Part shown: positions 54,528 through 62,100 of the stretch, one piece after another
How the letters are laid out: every line of letters begins with the position of its first letter
Numbering within the stretch: the first letter of the stretch is position 1
Virus record (IMG/VR): IMGVR_UViG_3300046463_000715
Coordinates: 1,868-65,867 of that record
Origin: a virus
Taxonomy: Duplodnaviria; Caudoviricetes
Length of the DNA: 64,000 nucleotides
Direction: 5' to 3' (one strand)
The notes under the pieces: generated by a model
What the model was told of the DNA's origin: nothing
Database searches by the model: none
What the model saw: only the letters and a program-made list of their open reading frames with translations
Program-made: the position numbers and the translations under genes

Positions 54528-54981
54528 CGCAAAAATTCCCGACACCGCAAACCCCAAAGACGCGCAGGCGCGCAAAAAAGTCCCCATCGGTCTCGTCCCT
54601 CCAGCCCTCGTCATTGGCGCGGCTGAAGCACTCGCAGACGGAGCCCGGAAGTATGGGGCTTACAACTGGCGCGACATCGCGATTCAGTATTCGGTCTACA
54701 TCGAAGCGATTGAGCGGCACACCCTGGCGCTCAAAGACGGCGAAGACATCGCAGCTGATTCTCTGATTCACCACGTCAAGCACATCGCTGCCGGTTGCGC
54801 CATTATCCTGGACGCCCTCGGGCACGGCAACCTTATCGACGACCGCAAGCCCGGACCTGGGGCTAAGCTCCTCGCCGAGGCCCACCAGAAGCGTCTGCAG
54901 GCCCTCCAAGCAGCTCCGCCCGCCCCGAAAGCCGTTGAAACGGTCCAGGGCAAGACCTTCGACAGCGGAGAAGGCTGGTAA
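54520..54981 (+). CDS. dATP/dGTP diphosphohydrolase (DUF5664-like)
   Basis: NPKD...LVPP...GARKYGAYNWR...RH...GED...H..H. Confidence 0.85.
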   Translation: MSDAKIPDTANPKDAQARKKVPIGLVPPALVIGAAEALADGARKYGAYNWRDIAIQYSVYIEAIERHTLALKDGEDIAADSLIHHVKHIAAGCAIILDALGHGNLIDDRKPGPGAKLLAEAHQKRLQALQAAPPAPKAVETVQGKTFDSGEGW

Positions 54982-55054
54982 CCCGTTGACGAGTCAAAAT
55001 AATCGAGCTATCTTATGGTGTGGGAGCACACTCCTGCACCATAGGAGTTGTTTT

Positions 55055-55273
55055 ATGCCCAATTTACTAGATTTTCTCGAACGTCGACCGATGGTCGGCA
55101 CGGTCACGAGTGTATTCACCAGTTCCCTCGGCTGGTTCCTGGCGCACCTCAGTGCAATCACCGGGGTCCTCGGCTTCTTCTCAGCCTGTTTCGGTATCGG
55201 AGTAGGCTACCTCACATTCAGAATTCAGCTCAAACGTTGGTTAGAAATCCGCAAGTTCAAAAACGACAAATGA
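55055..55273 (+). CDS. putative holin
   Basis: 72 aa, two TM segments, basic C-terminus; promoter at 54986-55014. Confidence 0.6.
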   Translation: MPNLLDFLERRPMVGTVTSVFTSSLGWFLAHLSAITGVLGFFSACFGIGVGYLTFRIQLKRWLEIRKFKNDK

Positions 55274-56226
55274 AAAAATTACTGGCCCTCATTCCTCTCC
55301 TCCTCGCCCTCACCGGCTGCTCCATCGTCCCTCACATTCCGATTCTGAAAAGCATCTACTCCGGTCCAACGACCAGGGAGACTCGTGCTGTCACGAAGGC
55401 GCAGGACAAGACCGACAAAGAACGTGCGCAGCTCGAAGGGGCTCAGGCCAAGTTTGACGCGAAGTTCTCCGCCCTGGAATCGAACAAAGTCCAGACGGGC
55501 TCCGCTTTTGTTTATGGGACCGGCAAGGCCCTGGAGCGCGCTCCGCAGGATGACCCAGCAGTGAAGCTCGCGCAGAATCTAAACGACGTCTCGCAGCAGG
55601 CCCTCCCTAAGCCTTCGACCTCGGACACGATTGCGATGGACAGAGCCGTGGCCGATTCTTTTGGGACTAACTCGGTGCGAGGAGCAAAAGAAATTACCGC
55701 TTTGCGAGAGCGCTTGGCGAAGACCGAGGGCCAGCTTGCCTCGACTCAGGCGCACTACACCAAAGACGTTGCCGATTTACAGAGCGACGTCGACAAAGCG
55801 ATTGCCAAAGAACGGGCCACGAGCTCGAAGGTTGCCGTCAAGGCCAACAAATTCGATGAAGCAAACTCTCTCTGGGGCTCGACCAAGTTATTTTTCTCGA
55901 ACGGAGTCCACGTCGTTTTCTCTCTGCTCATCTTCGGCGTCATCGGCTGGGTTGTGTGGAAGGTCGGCAAGATTGCAGCTGCGATTTACTGCCCGCCGGT
56001 CGCCCTCGGCATGAACAGCGTCGAAGGCCTGACCTCTCACGAGGTCGCTGCGGGCTTCGCTCAAGTCGTGAGTGGGGGTAAGAATTTTCTGGCTGCGGTT
56101 GAGAAAAGCAACATACTGCCCGAGACCAAGGCCAAAATTTCCGAGCTGTTCGCATCGGCCCACAAGGAAGCGCAAGACCTGCACATCCAGGACGCTGTGA
56201 AAAAATTAATCCAGCCCCATGCCTGA
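55270..56226 (+). CDS. lipoprotein with coiled coil and C-terminal TM (spanin-like)
   Basis: lipobox LTGC; TM VVFSLLIFGVIGWVVW. Confidence 0.6.
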   Translation: MKKLLALIPLLLALTGCSIVPHIPILKSIYSGPTTRETRAVTKAQDKTDKERAQLEGAQAKFDAKFSALESNKVQTGSAFVYGTGKALERAPQDDPAVKLAQNLNDVSQQALPKPSTSDTIAMDRAVADSFGTNSVRGAKEITALRERLAKTEGQLASTQAHYTKDVADLQSDVDKAIAKERATSSKVAVKANKFDEANSLWGSTKLFFSNGVHVVFSLLIFGVIGWVVWKVGKIAAAIYCPPVALGMNSVEGLTSHEVAAGFAQVVSGGKNFLAAVEKSNILPETKAKISELFASAHKEAQDLHIQDAVKKLIQPHA

Positions 56227-56579
56227 CGCTTACTACTGGTTCCCAAAAAAGGAACAGGTGAACACCCCCGGCTGGGAAGGCTGGGTCATCGTTTCAAATG
56301 CGTGCCCGAACCAAAAAATCTATCGTCGGCTCACAAGAGCAGAGCGTCTCTCGTATGAGAAAGTGGCTCGCCGGACTACTGGTCTGGCTTTTGCAAGGGG
56401 TCCTCGGGGCTGACAGTCAAGAGGGTCCTGTCCTGGACGGGATTCGCTGTTCCCGCTGCACAAACTTTTTCTGGATTACGGACGCCCACCTTGAGTCTCC
56501 CACCTTCTGCCCCTACTGCGGGGTGAGGTTCACCGGCCACAAAGCCGTCTCTGACTTCAACGACCTGGGTCACTGATGT

Positions 56580-56648
56580 CCAGGGGAACCCCCGGGGCCA
56601 CGATTAGTAGTTTTCCTGGGTTGCACTCGTTTCGCCTGGGTGTATGCT
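56580..56648 (+). promoter_or_regulatory. promoter with the 31-bp element
   Basis: CCAGGGGAACCCCCGGGGCCACGATTAGTAG-N10-TTGCAC-N16-TATGCT. Confidence 0.65.
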
Positions 56649-56654
56649 CTCCCC

Positions 56655-57041
56655 ATGAGAATGATAAGCGAAAACGAACAAGAGCACCTCGACCACGTCG
56701 CGGGCTCCGCAAGTGAAGCCCAGAACTGCCTCTCCGAGGCTCGTTCCTCCCTCTCCGCACACAATGCCGGTTCCCTGGCGCGCATTAACCGCGCCCTGCA
56801 GTCGGGTGCCTACGTCGTGGTCTCCAGGGGTGCGTGGTATTGCAAGGCCACAGACGGGCTCGCTGGCGAGGCAATCGACATCGAAGCCGTCCGAGACGAC
56901 CGAGCGGAGGCCGGTATCCTGGCCCGGGAGCTCGGCGAGCGCTTCCAGGGCGAGCTGGACGTGTATGTCCTCCCCCGGTTTTCGGACCCGTCCGAGCTGG
57001 TTCTGCAATCTCCTGTTGACAACGACGAATGCCCGTTTTAA
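56655..57041 (+). CDS. hypothetical protein
   Basis: ATG 6 nt after the -10 box. Confidence 0.55.
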   Translation: MRMISENEQEHLDHVAGSASEAQNCLSEARSSLSAHNAGSLARINRALQSGAYVVVSRGAWYCKATDGLAGEAIDIEAVRDDRAEAGILARELGERFQGELDVYVLPRFSDPSELVLQSPVDNDECPF

Positions 57042-57051
57042 GGTAACACCC

Positions 57052-57429
57052 ATGAACAACGTTTTAAATATCTCGGCCAAGCTGGTAAACCACTACGGCA
57101 ACCTCAACAGCGGCATCATGGCGCAGACACTGCCCAAGCCGGACGCCAAGGTAGGCGATGAGGCCACAATCCTTCGCGGTCGCGACCGTGACCCTGCGCG
57201 CATCGTCGAAATCGTCCTGGCGAAGAACGGCAAGGTCAAGGCCTACGTGCTCCAGGCCTTCCAGTGGGTCATCGACAACAAGACCGAGGGCTACGCCAAA
57301 GAGATTCGCTGGGACCACCCCGAGGGCTCCCCGAGCACCCACGAGGTTATCGTTCGCGGGAACCGGAAGGGCACTGTCCGCGATGCCCTTATCGGCCACG
57401 CCTCGGCATTCTACGACCGGAGCTTCTGA
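57052..57429 (+). CDS. hypothetical protein
   Basis: TTGACA-N17-TAAGGT 7 nt upstream; VGDEAT...D..., YDRSF tail. Confidence 0.65.
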   Translation: MNNVLNISAKLVNHYGNLNSGIMAQTLPKPDAKVGDEATILRGRDRDPARIVEIVLAKNGKVKAYVLQAFQWVIDNKTEGYAKEIRWDHPEGSPSTHEVIVRGNRKGTVRDALIGHASAFYDRSF

Positions 57430-57785
57430 TGAACGACCGGCAGCTTTTGAGAGCCGTCCAGAAGAGTCTCACCCCGGACCTTCTGGTCGGTCGCTGGCAG
57501 AAGCAGTCGCACCCTTTGGAGGGTCACTGCTACGTGGCTGCAGAGGCCCTTTATCACCTTGTGGGACCGGCCTGGAAGCCGTGCTGCGCCAGTTACCAGG
57601 ACGAAGGCGGGCGCGCTACGCACTGGTGGTTGGAACATCGAGAGACAGGCAAGAGGCTTGACCCTACTCGCGAGCAATACGGGGAAGAGCTCCCTCCGTA
57701 TCACCTGGGGAAGGGCTCTGGTTTTCTGACCAGGAAGCCCAGTCGGAGAGCGCAGATTGTTTTGGACCGAGTGAAAAATTTATGA
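57429..57785 (+). CDS. Cys-His-Asp (transglutaminase/papain-like) protein
   Basis: GHCYVAAEALYH...THWWL...LDPT. Confidence 0.6.
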   Translation: MNDRQLLRAVQKSLTPDLLVGRWQKQSHPLEGHCYVAAEALYHLVGPAWKPCCASYQDEGGRATHWWLEHRETGKRLDPTREQYGEELPPYHLGKGSGFLTRKPSRRAQIVLDRVKNL

Positions 57786-58030
57786 GCTTATTTTCTGAAC
57801 CCGACTTAGCTTGGCTGCGGCAGAAGTTCGAGCGAATGACTAAACCCGAGGTCAACTCTGAGACACATCTTTGGATGCAGAAAGTTGTCCGGGGTTTCAC
57901 TCGCGAGACCCTGGCTCAGCTCTTTGCCGCGAACATACGGTGGTTATCGAACATGGCGAACGATGAAATTCGCGTCCGCGAGGGAATGGCCCCGGTGCCA
58001 GTCCCTGGCTGGTATGGGAGCAGTCTATGA
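57782..58030 (+). CDS. hypothetical protein
   Basis: ATGA overlap. Confidence 0.5.
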   Translation: MSLFSEPDLAWLRQKFERMTKPEVNSETHLWMQKVVRGFTRETLAQLFAANIRWLSNMANDEIRVREGMAPVPVPGWYGSSL

Positions 58031-58353
58031 AGAGATTTAAAAAGGTCTACGGCATGGGTCACCCGTGCAGCGGTGGCTTTCGCGTCAACGTCGAGGGTAT
58101 CATGAAGGTGTGTGTCGAAGCCATCGTGCTTACTGGCTACCACAACGAGCGCAAAGAAGCCCACCTCGTGAAACCGGGCTACCTATTCTACTCGCACTTC
58201 GGGTTCGGGGCCTGGACAGACGTCATTCCTGTGTGGCAGTGCAAAAAAGAAGAGGCCTTCGCTTTCGTGTCCAGGTATGGCGACAGCGGGGACGCTCGTG
58301 AGCGGAAGAACAAAAAATTTATCGTAGCGAAAGTCGACCACCGAGATTTATGA
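58027..58353 (+). CDS. hypothetical protein
   Basis: ATGA overlap; last plus-strand gene. Confidence 0.5.
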   Translation: MKRFKKVYGMGHPCSGGFRVNVEGIMKVCVEAIVLTGYHNERKEAHLVKPGYLFYSHFGFGAWTDVIPVWQCKKEEAFAFVSRYGDSGDARERKNKKFIVAKVDHRDL

Positions 58354-58959
58354 TGAACTGGGAAGACTCTGAATGGTTTGCGGTGTGGCTTGCACTGGCG
58401 CGGCACGAGGCTTACGACGCTTCCGCTTTTCGACGACAGGCGGCTGCATTAACTGCTGACGCGCTTCGGGACCTTGCAGAAGAAACCACGTCGCCAGGAG
58501 AATAGCGTCGGCAGTGTTGTGGTCCTTTTCTCTTTGTAAATATGGCTGCGCGTAATGTGGGAAGAGTCTGGATGCGATGCTCGGAGAGTGGAAAGCTACG
58601 CTTTTGTCCACCCCCATTTCCGAACGGAAGAAGTTTTGCCATTTCAATGGTGCTACTTCCAGTAGGGGAGCCGTCTTCGCGAGCGCTAGAAATAACGCTC
58701 CAAAGGCCACTCCGGTGGCCTTCCCAAAAGTGAACATCGAGACCACCCCTTGCCCTGGCATCGCGTGAACGTTCTCGATGATGCCGTAGTCGCAGCCTCG
58801 TGCGAGGTCGGCAATGGCGAGGGCGATTGACTGAAAGTCTTTGAAGTCGCGCCGGACATCGAAGGAGCCTTTCCCGATACGGACGACAGCGCCGGACTTG
58901 CCTGGGTCTACGCCAATCACCTGGACCGGCGCGCCGACAAGAATCTTCTCGGTCATCAT
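58348..58959 (-). CDS. ruvC: RuvC-like Holliday junction resolvase
   Basis: IGVDPGKSG, IIENVHAMPGQG, FG, P..W, ADAILLA. Confidence 0.85.
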   Translation of the reverse strand: MMTEKILVGAPVQVIGVDPGKSGAVVRIGKGSFDVRRDFKDFQSIALAIADLARGCDYGIIENVHAMPGQGVVSMFTFGKATGVAFGALFLALAKTAPLLEVAPLKWQNFFRSEMGVDKSVAFHSPSIASRLFPHYAQPYLQREKDHNTADAILLATWFLLQGPEARQQLMQPPVVEKRKRRKPRAAPVQATPQTIQSLPSSS

Positions 58960-59186
58960 CGCGCAGCCTGTGCTTCTTTGAAGGCCTTATGCTCGTCTTC
59001 AGAGATTTCCTGCAGCTGCTTCCATCCGCCGGGGAGTAGCCGCGCCAGCTTTCTGTGGTGAGGGTTGCGCCGGTCGACGTTCAGGGGAGTCGTCTCGGGC
59101 GCGTGCTGCGGATTCGTGGGCTCCGCTCCTGGCTCGGCAACGGGGATTGGCCCGATACCTTCCATTGCCTTCTTCATCGTTTCCAT
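58956..59186 (-). CDS. hypothetical protein
   Basis: ATG 5 nt after TTGCCG-N17-TATATT. Confidence 0.5.
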   Translation of the reverse strand: METMKKAMEGIGPIPVAEPGAEPTNPQHAPETTPLNVDRRNPHHRKLARLLPGGWKQLQEISEDEHKAFKEAQAAR

Positions 59187-59199
59187 AATTTAATATACA

Positions 59200-62100
59200 T
59201 CAGAACGGCTCTTCCGGCAATCGCCGCGCACGGTAGTTGATAAGCTTAGGCGCGGGCTCCTCGGCCTTGGGCGGGCTCGGCAGTCGCTGCGGCAGTGGTC
59301 CGTTACCGCGCTTCTTCGCGCTTTCAAACTCCCGCTTCATCCGAGCGATTTCTTCCGAGGTCACCAGCTCCTGCTGGTTCTCTGAGGTAGCCTCGGCGGC
59401 AGCGCGCTTCGCAGCGGCAGCTCCGTGGTTGGCCTTCGAATTCCACTTCTCGAATTCGGCAACGAGTTGCTTCTGCGCTTCGTCGCGAGTGATTTCACCC
59501 TTCTCGGCCTTGGCCCAGATAGTTTCAAAAGGTCCGACAGAGCCCTTCTCGAAGGCTTTCTTCTGCGCGTCCTGCACCATGCGCTTCGCAGCGGGATTCA
59601 GTTCCTTGCGCATTTGCTCCCAGACGATTGACTGCAGCTCTCGCGGCAAGATGCCGTTCTTCTGCGCGACCTTTTCATAGGCATCCTGGTAGACAGGGTA
59701 GACCCCGTTGATACCGGTATTCTTATGGTTCGGGTTGCCGAAGTTCGAGGTCACGGCTTTGTCGCTCCCGCCGTAGGGGTAGAGGTTACCGGCAGCGGTC
59801 GCGTGCGTGTCGATGGTCGTCCAGAGAGGGCTCGACGGGTCGACGTGGTTATTGTAGAACGAGCGGACCTTGTGGTTTCCACCGAGCAACTTGTTGACGT
59901 TCTCGAACGACGGGTTGCGGTAGATGTCGACGACATCGGCGAGGTCCTGGAAAGGCTTAGACCACTTCAGGTAGTCACCAGGGATGCGCTTGAGATTGTG
60001 GTCATGGAGCGGAGAGCGCGCTGCATAGAGCTCGTTGTGAGAGCGCATGAACATCCCGGCCTGGAGGGTGTCGAGCTCGGACATCTTGTCCCCGACTTTC
60101 ATTCCGGCCAAGGCTTCGAGCTGCTTGTTCTCCAGGTTCAGCGACTGAGTCGTCCGAGGAGCTTCTTCTGTGCTCTCGGGTTTCGTGATTTTGGCTTTCA
60201 GAAATTCGAGGTCGGCCTGCGTGACGGTCGGGTCCTTCTTAATTGTGTCGAGGGCTCGACGAGTCAGCGTGACGTTGTTGTTCCACTCCATCTGTGGAGA
60301 AAGGCGCGCATTAATTGCGGAGACGACGTCACCGTGGACACCGTATTCTTTTCCCCACCGATGAGACATGTCGTGCGCGAAGTCATACCACTGCTTCCAC
60401 AGGGCTCGGTCTTCGGGCGTTGCACGGTCGAAGAGAAACTGCAGGTTGTGCTGAACTCGATTGTTAATTTCATCTATTGCCTTGTTGGTGTCGCTTCCGT
60501 CGATGTCTCGGAACCCGGGCTGGGTCCGGAACTGCTCGACGACTTTTTTTCGATAGCCTTCCATGTCCGGAGCCGCTTTAATAGCGTCTAGGCTAAGGTG
60601 CTGGGACTCCTGGACGGTGCGGACACGTCCCTTAGAGTTGTCTGTGCCCTCGGGGAGAGCGGCTGCAACCGGCCCGCGAACTTCACCCTGCGGCAGCTCT
60701 TGAGTTTTATTGAAGCTGGCCTTCGCCTGGGGGACGCGCTCCAGGGCAGGAGGCATGTTCTCCATCGGCTCACCGTTGCCGCTGGTCTTAACTTCCTGCT
60801 GGCCTTTGATGTCCCAGTAGGCTTTCTGGTTGAACATTTCTGCAGCGTGCTTCGCGATGTTCTCGTTCGGCGCGATGTAGCTGACGTCCAGATAAGTCTT
60901 GCCGGACTCCTTGTCGTTCCAGGTGCCGATTACGTGGTCGGGCTGCGCCAGGAGGTCGGCGTTCTTTTGTGCGAAGCCTTTGATTGCCTCGGGAGTGAGC
61001 TCACCCTTTTCGACGAGCTGCGTGCGGTCAGGATACAGAGAAGTTGCGAAGCCCTTTGTCGGGGCCTTGCCGCTGGTGACATCGAAGCTGGCTCCGCCGT
61101 TTTTCTCGGTCAGTGCTGCGATGCGCGAGGCGTAGCGGTCCAGAGATTTGTCATCCGGCATTTCACGAGGAAGGTCCGGGCTCTGTGAAGGAGTCACATC
61201 GGTCGGAGTGAACTTCGCCGCGACCTTCGCACTCTTGTTGACGTAGCCCTCGTAACCGGCGTCCTTGATTTTTTTCTCGAAGAGAGTGACAGCTGCGCGC
61301 TGGTCGAAGGGAGCGAAGCCGCTTTTCTCCAACTCTTCCCTTCCCGGGTAGAGGCCCTTCGGGTCGGATTCGAAATCGTAAAGGGCCTTGGCCGGGACCT
61401 TGGCCTTGTATTTATTCTCGCCCAATCCGGGCTCTTTCTCGTAGCCCTTCATGCCGAAGTAGGTTCGAGGCTGATAGAGTTCGGGGTAGTCCCTCATTCG
61501 CTTCGCTTCGGCTCCGAGCAAGCCAGTGCCGTGCTTCTCTGGGTCGAGTGTCTTCAGGCCTTCCTCCTGGCTCCAGTGCGTGAGGTCCGGGCTAAGTTGC
61601 GGAGCACTCTCCGGAAGACTTGCACCGTAAATTTCTTTCGCGCCACGCTTCATTTTCTGCAGGTCAGCAGAAGGAGCGGCAGCAGCGGCTTCGACTTTCG
61701 GGGCCTCGGCCTTGGGCAGCTCGAACTTGTAGCCTTTGCTCTCAAGAGAAGGTCCGTAGGTCGTGGTGTGCTTCGTGAAGCCCGGGGCCTCGTCGAGCAT
61801 GGTGATTTGAGGGACCTTGCCTTTTCCGATTGCAGAAAAGTCCTGGTCTCCGTCGTAGGTCGCTTTGTATTTTTTCCCGTCCGGCCCAGTGACCTCGATT
61901 GGTTTCTTCAAGTCGGGGCTGAGGTTCTTAACCTGCTTCGAGTAGTCGGGCTTGGAGAATTCGGTCTCGTGCGGAGCGAGTGTCTCCATGCGGTCCATGC
62001 GGTAGCTGCGGACAATACCTTGGGCATCGCTCCCGCGCATTCCGGCGCGAAGAGGGTTGGCCTTCTCCCAAGTGACGTTCTTGCCAACGAGGAACGCATT

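Noticed and set aside
43497-54981. Z-genome (2-aminoadenine) pathway
   Set aside because: No PurZ-like ORF in the window
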